A program made the position numbers and the translations under genes. From NCBI GenBank assembly GCA_030699935.1, contig JAUYKS010000022.1, positions 18,970-82,969 on the forward strand: DNA of 64,000 nt. Reading direction: 5' to 3'. This DNA is from a bacterium. Lineage in GTDB: Bacteria; Patescibacteriota; SICC01. This document shows positions 39,623 through 48,235 of the stretch, in pieces; positions within the stretch are counted from its first letter, which is position 1; every line of letters starts with the position of its first letter. Under the pieces are notes generated by a model. The model had not been told where the DNA came from and did not search any database. It saw nothing but the letters and a program-made list of their open reading frames with translations.

Positions 39623-39829
39623 TTAGCCATCAGTGCCTCCTCCTGACTGTTTCATACGTCCTTCTGCAGGATCGTAGCCGTACCGTTCTTGCCAAGACTT
39701 GCGCGACCTCTGAATCAACTGCTGGATTTTGGGATCGGCTGACGCGCGCTCATAGTCACCTCTATCGATAACGCCAACAAATCTAGGCTCAGACGCCTCA
39801 TGACCAATTCGCTTGTCAATCTCGCTCAT
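39623..39829 (-). CDS. Small hypothetical protein (68 aa), first gene of the nusG-rplK cassette
   Basis: It begins MSEIDKRIGHEASEPRFVGVIDRGDYERASADPKIQQLIQRS. Its ATG overlaps the nusG TGA stop (ATGA). The start context is the other copy of the 19-bp repeat. Confidence 0.5.
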   Translation of the reverse strand: MSEIDKRIGHEASEPRFVGVIDRGDYERASADPKIQQLIQRSRKSWQERYGYDPAEGRMKQSGGGTDG

Positions 39830-40368
39830 ATCTTCCTCACTTGCAGGAAGTCGAGCTCGACCGGAGTCTCGCGGCCGAACATGTTCACGAGTACCTTGAT
39901 CTTGCCCTTCGACTTGTCGACCTCGTCCACCTGTCCGTCGAAGTCCTTGAACGGCCCGTCGACGATGTTCACCGCCTCGCCCTTCTCCAAGTCGACCTCG
40001 TAGGTCGGCTCCTCGACGCCCATCCGTTGCTTGATCGTCTTGACCTCATCGTCACTCATCGGAGTCGGCGTGGTGCCGGTGCCGATGAAGCCGGTCACGT
40101 TCGGCGTGTTCCGGACCACGAACCAGGAATCCTCGGTGACGATCATGTCGACCAGGACGTAGCCCGGGAAGATCTTCTTGTCGACCGTCTTGCGTTTGCC
40201 GTGCTTGATCTCGATCTGCTTCTCGGTCGGCACGATCACGTCGAAGATCTTGTCGGCCATGTCCATCGACTCGATCCGCTGGCGGAGGTTTTCCGCCACC
40301 CGGTCTTCGTAACCGGAGTAAGTGTGGATCGCGTACCAGGATCGGTCTGTGGCTGGTTGTCTGGGCAT
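39826..40368 (-). CDS. nusG: Transcription termination/antitermination factor NusG
   Basis: The sequence reads MPRQPATDRSWYAIHTYSGYEDRVAENL (NGN domain) and, at the C-terminus, EAVNIVDGPFKDFDGQVDEVD (KOW domain). The start is chosen at the ATG 2 nt after the secE stop. The longer listed ORF (to 40452) overlaps secE. Confidence 0.9.
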   Translation of the reverse strand: MPRQPATDRSWYAIHTYSGYEDRVAENLRQRIESMDMADKIFDVIVPTEKQIEIKHGKRKTVDKKIFPGYVLVDMIVTEDSWFVVRNTPNVTGFIGTGTTPTPMSDDEVKTIKQRMGVEEPTYEVDLEKGEAVNIVDGPFKDFDGQVDEVDKSKGKIKVLVNMFGRETPVELDFLQVRKI

Positions 40369-40369
40369 G

Positions 40370-40639
40370 TTATTTCGTAGGTTGGGGTACTTGTACGGGT
40401 TGCTCGCCGGGCGGGATCTGGGCCGGCGGGACGTTCTGGGCGCCGCCGCCATCGGTCGCGTCCAGCACGGACTCGAGGCCTTGGTTGAGGCCGTAGTCCA
40501 CCACTCCCATGAACGCTCCGAACAGGATCGTCACGATCACGACGACCGTGGTGAGCCGGACCGTCCGGCGCCGCGTGGGCCAGACGACTTTGCTAAGCTC
40601 TACCCGCGCTTCTTTAAGAAACGAAAAAATCTTTCGCAC
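40370..40639 (-). CDS. secE: Preprotein translocase subunit SecE, with a C-terminal Pro/Gln-rich extension
   Basis: 89 aa. The sequence reads FLKEARVELSKVVWPTRRRTVRLTTVVVIVTILFGAFMGVVD. Confidence 0.85.
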   Translation of the reverse strand: MRKIFSFLKEARVELSKVVWPTRRRTVRLTTVVVIVTILFGAFMGVVDYGLNQGLESVLDATDGGGAQNVPPAQIPPGEQPVQVPQPTK

Positions 40640-40706
40640 GGGCTAATCATACCCCATTGTTCCGCGGCTTCGCCAGGGTTTCGGCCGGGGCTGGTACGAT
40701 GTCGGC

Positions 40707-41405
40707 GTGACGCCGTACGACGAAATCTCATTCGGGAGCCATCCCGACCGGCCGTATACGTTCATCAACATGGTGGCGACGGTCGATGGCAAGGCGGTCG
40801 ATCCCGGCACGCGGCAAGCGCCGTCCGGCGGACCGCACGACCGGCAGGCATTCCTGGCTTTGCGCGCCCATGCCGACGTGCTGATCTACGGCGCGACCAC
40901 CGGCAAGGACGTGCCGCCGGAAGAGTTCTTGGACGCCGACTTCCAAGCCGCGCGGAAGAAGGCGGGCCGGGATCCTCTGATGAAGTTCGTCCTGCTCTCG
41001 CACGGTGGACACCTTTCGACCGCCGACAAGATCTTCGGCAATCCGGACTTCACGCCGATCGTCTACGTACCCGAAGGCGTCGAGCTGGAACTGAAGAACG
41101 CGGACGTCCGGCACGCCGGACGCGGTGGCGGGCTCGACGTCGCCGCCATTGTGCAAGAGCTCAAACGGGACGGAGCCGACATCGCGATCTGCGAAGGTGG
41201 CCCGACCACCAACGAACCGTTCCTGCGGGACGGCCTGATCGACGAGTTCTTCCTGACCGTCTCACCGCGGATCCTCGGCGGCAACGCGGTCCTGACCGCG
41301 GTGGAAGGCGAGGTGCTCCCGCCGGAACGCGGCAAGCTGGAACTGGTTTCCGCGGAGCCCGCGGGTGACGAAGTATTTCTGCGGTACCGCGTGAGCGTTA
41401 AATGA
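40707..41405 (+). CDS. RibD C-terminal domain / DHFR-like reductase family protein
   Basis: 232 aa. The sequence reads YTFINMVATVDGKAVDPGT...ADVLIYGATT...IAICEGGPTTNEPFLRDGLIDEFFLTVSPRILGG. Confidence 0.75.
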   Translation: MTPYDEISFGSHPDRPYTFINMVATVDGKAVDPGTRQAPSGGPHDRQAFLALRAHADVLIYGATTGKDVPPEEFLDADFQAARKKAGRDPLMKFVLLSHGGHLSTADKIFGNPDFTPIVYVPEGVELELKNADVRHAGRGGGLDVAAIVQELKRDGADIAICEGGPTTNEPFLRDGLIDEFFLTVSPRILGGNAVLTAVEGEVLPPERGKLELVSAEPAGDEVFLRYRVSVK

Positions 41406-41416
41406 CGATGAGTTTT

Positions 41417-42178
41417 TTAACTGCGCTCTGGAAGGGATCGATCCGTCAGAGTGTCACTGATTCGCAACAGTAGGGCTTCCTTTTTTTCTCCATCAGGAAG
41501 ACTTTGGGTCCTCCTTAGGGCCTGGCCAAGTAAATCAAGGTTGCCCGTGCGAGCTGCGTCTTCGACAAATAAATCGACTGATGTCTTGCCCTGGATTTGC
41601 GCGGCTTCTCGAGCACTGACAGCAAGCGCTCTATTCACGGGCTCGACTGCATCCGCAAATTGCTGCAGACGAGTGCGTCTACCACGAACATCCATTTGCA
41701 GGATTAAAGACAGCGATTCTTCTAGCGCTTCCTCTGAACCGGAACTAATTCCCGCTTTCCTCAAGGCGACAGAGCGACAGCCGTGAGATTCTATTTGCCA
41801 AGCTGTCTCAAGGGCGAATTCGGGTACGACAGGTGCAGACACTCCCACCAATCGGCATAAACGGGCTTGCTGATTTGATCGATCAGAATGCTCGTTGATG
41901 GTTTCACGGATCCCTTCAAAGAACTCAATCCTACCGCTGGCGGTTGCGACTTCGAGTGCAAGATCAAGTTTCTGAGAAAATGCCTCTTCTTGCGACCCCT
42001 GCCCTAAAGGAAGTTCTTTAATGAGGTCGAACGCCTTGTCGGCGTCAACCTCGGCAAACCCACGAATGAGTTCACGGGCACTATTGGGGCCTGCACCCTC
42101 GAGCTCCTTTCTCCAGGCACCTGGTCCTTCCGTGTCGAGCTCGATAAACTTTCTACCCATAACAAAGAAGAGTAGCAA
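41417..42178 (-). CDS. Hypothetical protein in a lower-GC segment
   Basis: 253 aa, helical and acidic. No family is recognised. The GC drop relative to neighbours suggests horizontal acquisition. Confidence 0.5.
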   Translation of the reverse strand: MLLFFVMGRKFIELDTEGPGAWRKELEGAGPNSARELIRGFAEVDADKAFDLIKELPLGQGSQEEAFSQKLDLALEVATASGRIEFFEGIRETINEHSDRSNQQARLCRLVGVSAPVVPEFALETAWQIESHGCRSVALRKAGISSGSEEALEESLSLILQMDVRGRRTRLQQFADAVEPVNRALAVSAREAAQIQGKTSVDLFVEDAARTGNLDLLGQALRRTQSLPDGEKKEALLLRISDTLTDRSLPERS

Positions 42179-42207
42179 AAAGTAACTTAGTCACGCAACT
42201 TTTCTTT

Positions 42208-43104
42208 CTAGAAGTCCCCGACGAAACTGATCTCCGGCTCCAGCGCGTAGCCGGTCTTTTCCTTCACGACCTTCTGGACATGTTCGATCAGCTTCCGGAC
42301 GTCCTCAGCCGTGGCGTTCTCGACGTTGAGGATGTAGTTGGCGTGGTGGTCCGAGACCTCCGCCCCGCCGATCCGGTGCCCCTTCAGGCCGCATTGGTCG
42401 ATCAGCCGTCCGGCCCCGACCCCCTTGATCTTCCGGAAGATGCTGCCGGCGCTCATCTGAACCGCGTTCGCCGGATGGACGCGCCTCCGCCAGGCCAGGT
42501 TCTCGACGGCGACCTCTTCGACGTCCTCCGGCGTGGACTCCTCGAGCGTGAACGTCACTTCCAACACGATGTGGTCGTTGTCGTGCAGGACGCTGGTGTC
42601 GTACCCGAACCGGAAGTACTCCTTGGTGACGTGACGCCGCTCGCCGTCGGCCAGGATCGTCGCGCCCTCGACGATTTCCGAGATAAAGCGGGTCTGCTCG
42701 TGAGGATATGAGAGGAAGTGCAGGTTCTGCCACATCGCGCCGCCGACGGTGCTCGGGATGCCTTTGTAGTGCTCGAGTCCGGAAAGGCCGCGCTTGGTGG
42801 TGGCGTCGATCAGCTCCGCGATCGTCGCGCCGGACTCCGCTTTGAGCAGACGCTCCTTGAACTCGAAATGCTTCGCCTCGTTCTTGATCACTACGCCGCG
42901 GAACCCGCCGTCGCCGAACAGGATGTTCGCTCCGCTGCCGAGCACGAACCACTCGTAATCCTCGGACTCGGCCCACTCGATCGCCTGCTGCAGCTCGTTC
43001 GCCGACTTCGGCACGACGAAGTAGTCCGCCGAGCCGCCGATCCCGAAGGTCGTGAACCGGGCCAGGTTGACATCGCGTTGGACTTTCGGTGTTTCTTCCA
43101 TCAA
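42208..43104 (-). CDS. murB: UDP-N-acetylenolpyruvoylglucosamine reductase
   Basis: 298 aa. The FAD-binding region reads FTTFGIGGSADYFVVPKSANELQQAIEWAE...FVLGSGANILF. The C-terminal MurB domain is present. Confidence 0.9.
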   Translation of the reverse strand: MMEETPKVQRDVNLARFTTFGIGGSADYFVVPKSANELQQAIEWAESEDYEWFVLGSGANILFGDGGFRGVVIKNEAKHFEFKERLLKAESGATIAELIDATTKRGLSGLEHYKGIPSTVGGAMWQNLHFLSYPHEQTRFISEIVEGATILADGERRHVTKEYFRFGYDTSVLHDNDHIVLEVTFTLEESTPEDVEEVAVENLAWRRRVHPANAVQMSAGSIFRKIKGVGAGRLIDQCGLKGHRIGGAEVSDHHANYILNVENATAEDVRKLIEHVQKVVKEKTGYALEPEISFVGDF

Positions 43105-43119
43105 CTAGATGGTACCGGA

Positions 43120-43815
43120 CTATGCTTGCTCGAGCAGGAACGAGACCAGGAAACCCAGCGTCGTCGCGAAGGCAACCCAGCGGCCGCCGTCCTCATATGC
43201 CTGCGGCAACATGTTGTCCACCACCAACCCGAGCACCGCTCCGGCGGCAAAAGATTGGATCGCGGCCAGCGTGGCCGGGTTCATGTCTCCCAGCGCCGCC
43301 CCCAGCGGTACGAACCATACCAACCCTGCGGCGACCGCCAACCAGGTAAGGAAGATCCGTTTGCTCGACTCCTTTCCCTGCCGCAAGTCCTCGGATCCCA
43401 CCAGGGCTTCCGGGAAGTTCGAGATCATGATCGCCAGCAAAAGCGGCGCGGAGGCGGTGCCGAGCGCCAAGGTCGTGCCGAGGGCGACGTTCTCGGGGAC
43501 GCCGTCGATCGCGGCGCCGGCCAGCAACAAGGTCCCTCCCCTCCGTCCGCGCTGCCGGACTTCCCGGAAGACCAGTTGGTTGAGCAAGATGTACCCTGCC
43601 GCCCCGAGCAACATCCCGATGGACGCGGCGGCGGCTCCGCCGTATTCGAACGCCGTGCCGAACAGGTCGAAGGTCAGGGCGGCGATGAACGTCCCGGCCG
43701 CGAAGGCCAGGATCGCTGCGGTGGTCCGCTTATGCAGACGTACCCTGGTGCCGATCAACGGAGCGATCACCAAAGGCGCGACCGCCGCGACGCCTAGTAA
43801 TATTGCTTTTTCCAT
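43120..43815 (-). CDS. ZIP-family metal transporter
   Basis: 231 aa and polytopic. The sequences ISNFPEALVGSEDL and HN-like motifs match ZupT/GufA-type ZIP transporters. Confidence 0.8.
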   Translation of the reverse strand: MEKAILLGVAAVAPLVIAPLIGTRVRLHKRTTAAILAFAAGTFIAALTFDLFGTAFEYGGAAAASIGMLLGAAGYILLNQLVFREVRQRGRRGGTLLLAGAAIDGVPENVALGTTLALGTASAPLLLAIMISNFPEALVGSEDLRQGKESSKRIFLTWLAVAAGLVWFVPLGAALGDMNPATLAAIQSFAAGAVLGLVVDNMLPQAYEDGGRWVAFATTLGFLVSFLLEQA

Positions 43816-43820
43816 GCCCG

Positions 43821-44588
43821 CTACTCCGCGATCTGTCCGCCGTCCACGACGAGGATCGCGCCGTTGACGAAGTCGGACTCATCTGCAGCCAGGTAGGTCG
43901 CGGCATAGGCGATGTCGTCCGGCTCGCCGAGCCGCGGGTACGGAATCGCCGCCTTGAACTGCGCGGTGGCCTTGGGATCTTTCAGGAACGGGTCGGTCAT
44001 CTTGGTCTTGATCACGCCGGGCGCGATCGCGTTGACGTTGATCCGCTTGGGCGCATACTCTAACGCCGCTTCCTTGGTCAGCGTCACCACGCCGCCCTTG
44101 GCCGCACAGTACGCCGCGATCTGCGGGAAGCCGATGATGCCGGCGATCGAGGTGATGTTGATCACCTTGCCCTGGCTCTTGTCTTTGCCCTTGCCGGCCT
44201 TTTCCATTTCCGGGATCGCGTACTTCATGCCGAGGAACGTCCCCTTGAGGTCGACCGCCAGCACCTGGTCCCACTGCGCTTCGGTCATCTCCTCCAGCGG
44301 ATGCATCTCGACCACGCCGGCGTTGTTGACGAGGATGTCGAGCTGGCCGAATTTCTTGACCGTCTCGGCGACCATCCGCTTGTTGTCGGCGGCGCTGCTG
44401 ACGTCGGCTTGGATCGCCAGTGCCTTGCCGCCATCCTTCTCGATCTCCTTCACGGTCTCCTCGCAGCTCTCGACGTGATGCCCCGCGCAAACCACGGCGG
44501 CGCCTTCCTTCGCGTACATCTTGGCGATCGCTTTGCCGATGCCGCTGCCGGCTCCGGTGACGATCGCTACTTTGTCTTTCAGTCTCAT
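43821..44588 (-). CDS. SDR-family oxidoreductase (FabG-like)
   Basis: 255 aa. The cofactor motif reads [16 protein letters not shown] is present. The YxxxK motif lies in AYCAAKGG. Confidence 0.9.
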   Translation of the reverse strand: MRLKDKVAIVTGAGSGIGKAIAKMYAKEGAAVVCAGHHVESCEETVKEIEKDGGKALAIQADVSSAADNKRMVAETVKKFGQLDILVNNAGVVEMHPLEEMTEAQWDQVLAVDLKGTFLGMKYAIPEMEKAGKGKDKSQGKVINITSIAGIIGFPQIAAYCAAKGGVVTLTKEAALEYAPKRINVNAIAPGVIKTKMTDPFLKDPKATAQFKAAIPYPRLGEPDDIAYAATYLAADESDFVNGAILVVDGGQIAE

Positions 44589-44618
44589 TTCAACCTCATG
44601 GTGTATTTCCGTTAGATG

Positions 44619-45242
44619 CTACCGTGCAGATTCTGTGATGTTCTTCACGATCTGTTCGAAGTCCCCCGAGACCTTGTCGTACGCCCGCGCGTCCGTCTGA
44701 AAGTCGAGCGTATACGTGTGGTCGGGAGTCGGAACGACGACATGGAGGTTTTCAAAGACAGCGGCACCCGGCTCGCCTTGCTCGGTATAGCGGATCTTCA
44801 CGACGTCGTATCCGCCAACCTTGGCAATCTCCTGTTTTACGAGCTTGAATCCGACGATCTTCTTTCGATAGGCGGCGATGATCGGCTTAGACAACGTCTT
44901 GATGTCGAAGTCCTTGACGAGCTTGCCTTCGAGCACGGTTACCACCACTCGCGCACTGGGATCGTCCCGTTTGGCCCGCAGGACGAAGCTCGGCGCACGG
45001 AGGTCGTTCTGGAACGTCTGTCGTTGCCATCCCTCGGGAAGCGACAGGTCTTCCCGAACCTGCTGCACGTCGGAAGAAATCGTTACTTGTTCGGGCTGCG
45101 CGACCGAATCGCCACCAGTACCGTCGCGGCCAAACAGCATGAATATGCCGGTCGCCAATAGCAACCCGATCGCCACGGCAACCAGATATCGGAATACCGG
45201 ACTCTGGAAAACGGATGTGGAGTGTGAGTTTGGCATGGTCAA
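44619..45242 (-). CDS. Membrane-anchored hypothetical protein
   Basis: 207 aa. The N-terminal TM reads YLVAVAIGLLLATGIFMLF. The ectodomain is a beta-rich region of about 170 aa. Confidence 0.55.
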   Translation of the reverse strand: MTMPNSHSTSVFQSPVFRYLVAVAIGLLLATGIFMLFGRDGTGGDSVAQPEQVTISSDVQQVREDLSLPEGWQRQTFQNDLRAPSFVLRAKRDDPSARVVVTVLEGKLVKDFDIKTLSKPIIAAYRKKIVGFKLVKQEIAKVGGYDVVKIRYTEQGEPGAAVFENLHVVVPTPDHTYTLDFQTDARAYDKVSGDFEQIVKNITESAR

Positions 45243-45841
45243 TCGAACGGCCTCAGCGTAAGCGAAGAAAAGAAAACCGTAAAGTTTTCCTGATAGTCCG
45301 CCAGCCGATCCCGCGGCGCATCACAAAACGCAAAAGTTGTCGCGGTATCCGTCGTTACCACGAGTTCGGATCGGGCGATGACCTGTTGTTGCTCCTGGTA
45401 GCTGATGTCCATCAGCACTCCCTGGTGATCCACTTCGACCTCGACGGTTTCCGAGCCGATCAGTTTGGCGTCGGGATTATTCCGCCTAATGGCCTTCATC
45501 GTGCCTTCTTCCAGATATTCCGTCGCGACTTGGCCGCCGGTGGTCCGTGGCGTCTGTGAAATATAGCATCCGCTAGAGGTATCGCCGGCCGGCCGATATC
45601 CGTATATGAAGCTCGGGTTCTGGCGGGCCAGTTCGCTGCGCCCAATCGGGACGAACCGCTTGTCGATATCGAAGGAGATGCCAAGTGATTCGTCCTGGAC
45701 ATGGTTGACCGAATCGTCGCGCAGTACCAGGTACAGCACGACGGCCACCACCAACAATCCGGCCACTCCGGCGGTGATCAGTAATCTGGTGCGGATGCGG
45801 TTGCGGTTTCGCTGCTGAGCGGCCATGTCCCCATTGTGCAC
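45239..45841 (-). CDS. Membrane-anchored hypothetical protein (same architecture as the upstream neighbour)
   Basis: 200 aa. A basic N-terminus is followed by the TM LLITAGVAGLLVVAVVLYLV and an ectodomain of about 150 aa. It overlaps its neighbour through an ATGA junction. Confidence 0.55.
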   Translation of the reverse strand: MHNGDMAAQQRNRNRIRTRLLITAGVAGLLVVAVVLYLVLRDDSVNHVQDESLGISFDIDKRFVPIGRSELARQNPSFIYGYRPAGDTSSGCYISQTPRTTGGQVATEYLEEGTMKAIRRNNPDAKLIGSETVEVEVDHQGVLMDISYQEQQQVIARSELVVTTDTATTFAFCDAPRDRLADYQENFTVFFSSLTLRPFD

Positions 45842-45918
45842 AAAAAACCAACCAATACTAAAACTAAAGCACCTCCCGCGAGGGAGGCACCTTAGACTAC
45901 TTTCCGGTGGAGTACGGA

Positions 45919-46845
45919 TTAGTTGTTGAGCTGCTGCCAGTCCGTGCCGTCACAACCGAAGAAGTTGTTCGCGACATCGATCCGCAGGTCGCCCTTGTTG
46001 CTCGCGCTGCAGGTACCGCTGGCGTCCGCGCCGTCTACCAGCGTGGAACCGTGGGCCGGAGCCTGCAAGCTTGTCGCTCCCGAGAAGTCGACGTCGCCGA
46101 TCACGGTAAGGTTCTTACCGCTGGCCAGAGTGAGGCCGGTGCTGGCAATCGTACCCACCAGGGCGTCCGTCTCGGCCGCACCGCCGACGTGGAACTGAAT
46201 CTGGTCCTCAGCCGCCAAACGGATGCGTCCCGTGCCGACATTGCTGTCGACAGCCGTGATCCGGATGTGGTTGGAGCCTTGGAATTCCAAGTCCATATCC
46301 TCATTGGAGCCCCAAATCGCGCGGGTCGTTTTGGCACCCGTGCCGCCGGTATCGTCGAAGACGGCATTGTAGAAGACGCCGGCATACGACTCGGATGTCG
46401 AATCCGCCGTGCCGTCGCCGGTGGTGTCAGACGGACCACGCAGTCGGAACGACGTGGCGTTATCCTTGATCGCCCGAATGACGCCGTTTACGTCGAGACC
46501 AGCCATCGTGAAGCTATCGGTGTTGCGAAGCTCCGAGTCAGAAACGGCGTTGGCGCCGATGTCAATCGAGCCGATGGACTGATCAGAGATTTCCGAAGTG
46601 CCAACCGCGTTGGCCCCGATGTCGATCTTTTGGATCGATTGGTCACGGATCTCCGAAGTACCGACCGCCTGTGCGGCGATATCAATCGATTGGATCGACT
46701 GATTAACGATCTTGGCGCTGTTAACCGTGTTGTTATAAAGGTGGGCTGGGTGGTTAGCGTGGCCATAAGCGGAAGGTACGGCCACGACCGCTGCCGCCGC
46801 CAGACCCAAGCCCACGCTTGCTCCTAGTTTTTTAATACTTTTCAT
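45919..46845 (-). CDS. Secreted protein with a 20-aa tandem-repeat array (tail-fibre/adhesin-like)
   Basis: 308 aa. The signal peptide reads MKSIKKLGASVGLGLAAAAVVAVPSAYG. Three tandem repeats of the form IDIGANAVGTSEI-DQSI-- are encoded by a 60-bp DNA tandem repeat at about 46520-46710. The C-terminus reads FFGCDGTDWQQLNN. Confidence 0.65.
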   Translation of the reverse strand: MKSIKKLGASVGLGLAAAAVVAVPSAYGHANHPAHLYNNTVNSAKIVNQSIQSIDIAAQAVGTSEIRDQSIQKIDIGANAVGTSEISDQSIGSIDIGANAVSDSELRNTDSFTMAGLDVNGVIRAIKDNATSFRLRGPSDTTGDGTADSTSESYAGVFYNAVFDDTGGTGAKTTRAIWGSNEDMDLEFQGSNHIRITAVDSNVGTGRIRLAAEDQIQFHVGGAAETDALVGTIASTGLTLASGKNLTVIGDVDFSGATSLQAPAHGSTLVDGADASGTCSASNKGDLRIDVANNFFGCDGTDWQQLNN

Positions 46846-47041
46846 CTATATATCACCCCCTTCCTGTTGAAATTGTCAGATAAATAAAGCAACTAGGGCA
46901 GCCCAACATCACCACGTTAACCGGCCGTTGCGTCATTCCAATGATCCTGCGTCCGCGCGATTCGATCCGAGTGACATTACTTTTTCGAACTGAATCTTAC
47001 CCCACTCGATGGTTAGTAGCTTGATGAGTGAATCATACGTC

Positions 47042-47091
47042 ACATTTGTTTATGTTGTAAACAAATGTATAGCCATACGGTTAGCGTATGG
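47042..47091 (+). promoter_or_regulatory. Two inverted-repeat operator candidates upstream of, and overlapping, the XRE regulator start. The first is ACATTTGTTTA-N5-TAAACAAATGT (47042-47068). The second is CCATACG-N5-CGTATGG (47073-47091).
   Basis: Both inverted repeats were verified by reverse complement. The second includes the ATG of the XRE gene. Both lie in an AT-rich 240-bp divergent intergenic region. Confidence 0.55.
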
Positions 47092-47312
47092 CTATCGATG
47101 AAGAGCGGTTCTTCAATGAATTAAGTCGGCGCATAGCGAAAGCTCGCAAGAGCCAATCGCTTTCCCAGGAGGCCCTTGAAGCCAAGTCTAACGTAGACAG
47201 GGTCGCGATAGCCTACATCGAGCAAGGGCACCGCAAGCCGACCGTCACGACCGTCTATCGGCTGTCAAAGGGGTTAGGCATCAAGCTCGAGAACCTTTTC
47301 AAAGGCTACTGA
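47088..47312 (+). CDS. XRE-family HTH transcriptional regulator
   Basis: 74 aa. The Cro/C1-type HTH reads LSQEALEAKSNVDRVAIAYIEQGHRKPTVTTVYRLSKGLGIKLENLF. Confidence 0.8.
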   Translation: MAIDEERFFNELSRRIAKARKSQSLSQEALEAKSNVDRVAIAYIEQGHRKPTVTTVYRLSKGLGIKLENLFKGY

Positions 47313-47707
47313 AGATTATGTTGCAGGGGCGTCACCACGACCTCGCGTTCGCGCGGTCCGCTGAACTCGAACAGGACGACCCGCTGCCACGTCCCGAGCT
47401 GGAGTTTGCCCCGGGCGACCGGCACCGTCACCGACGGCCCGACCAGCGAAGCGAGGATGTGGTCCGGCATATGCGACGGATCGTGCGGGTGGCGGAAATC
47501 GAGCCGCGGCACCATCTGTGTCAGCGCGTCGAGGTAATCAAGGTCGGTGCCGCCCGGGTCGAGATCGGCGGTACTGAGCCCGACCGTCGTGTGCTTCACG
47601 AACGCGTGCACCGTGCCGGCATGACCTTTGGGAATTTCTGCAGCCAACCGATCGGTAATGTCGATCACTTGCTTCGATTCCTGACTGGAAATCTTGAATA
47701 AACTCAT
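47306..47707 (-). CDS. YjbQ/UPF0047 family protein (secondary thiamin-phosphate synthase-like)
   Basis: The N-terminus MSLFKISSQESKQVIDITD and the motifs HTTVGL and DFRHPHD are typical of the family. The start is chosen at the internal ATG; the listed ORF extends to 47797. Confidence 0.8.
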   Translation of the reverse strand: MSLFKISSQESKQVIDITDRLAAEIPKGHAGTVHAFVKHTTVGLSTADLDPGGTDLDYLDALTQMVPRLDFRHPHDPSHMPDHILASLVGPSVTVPVARGKLQLGTWQRVVLFEFSGPREREVVVTPLQHNLQ

Positions 47708-47824
47708 TGGAGAAGATTGCATCGGTAGTATACGACTTACCCCCGCTTCCTTTTTGGAGATTTGCACGAATCGCCGGCAGCGGCTGGCGAGTACCATGCG
47801 GACACTTAAGCCAAGGGGGCGTAC

Positions 47825-48217
47825 ATGTTCAAAGACTCAAAAGCGTTCAGCAGTTTCTCGGTAAACGACCTGGCCAAAGCCGAGGAATTTTACGGGAAGA
47901 CGCTCGGCCTAAACGTCAGCAAAGACGACAAGATGGGAATTCTCAACCTGAACTTCCCGGGCGGTGGACAGACGGTGATTTATCCCAAGGGCGACCACGC
48001 CCCGGCGACGTTTACGGTGCTCAACTTTCCGGTCGGTGACATCGAAAAAACGATCGATGAGCTCGCCGCCAAGGGCGTGCAGCTCGAGCATTACGACGAG
48101 GGTCCGGCTAAGACTAATCAGAAAGGGATTGCCGGCGGCGACGAGGGGTTCGGCCCGAAAATCGCCTGGTTCAAAGACCCGGCCGGGAATATCCTGGCGG
48201 TAATGACCGAAGGCTGA
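47825..48217 (+). CDS. VOC (glyoxalase/bleomycin-resistance) family protein
   Basis: 130 aa with paired beta-alpha-beta-beta-beta modules. The sequence includes [16 protein letters not shown]. Confidence 0.8.
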   Translation: MFKDSKAFSSFSVNDLAKAEEFYGKTLGLNVSKDDKMGILNLNFPGGGQTVIYPKGDHAPATFTVLNFPVGDIEKTIDELAAKGVQLEHYDEGPAKTNQKGIAGGDEGFGPKIAWFKDPAGNILAVMTEG

Positions 48218-48235
48218 TTCAAATCGCGGGATGAC

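Noticed and set aside
39604-39844. The 19-bp direct repeat as a CRISPR or other repeat array
   Set aside because: Only two copies, each precisely positioned at a start codon. It is interpreted as a duplicated translation-initiation junction, not an array.
40640-40706. Expected tRNA-Trp immediately upstream of secE
   Set aside because: No cloverleaf can be folded here. tRNA-Trp is instead at 50187-50260 next to rpmG.
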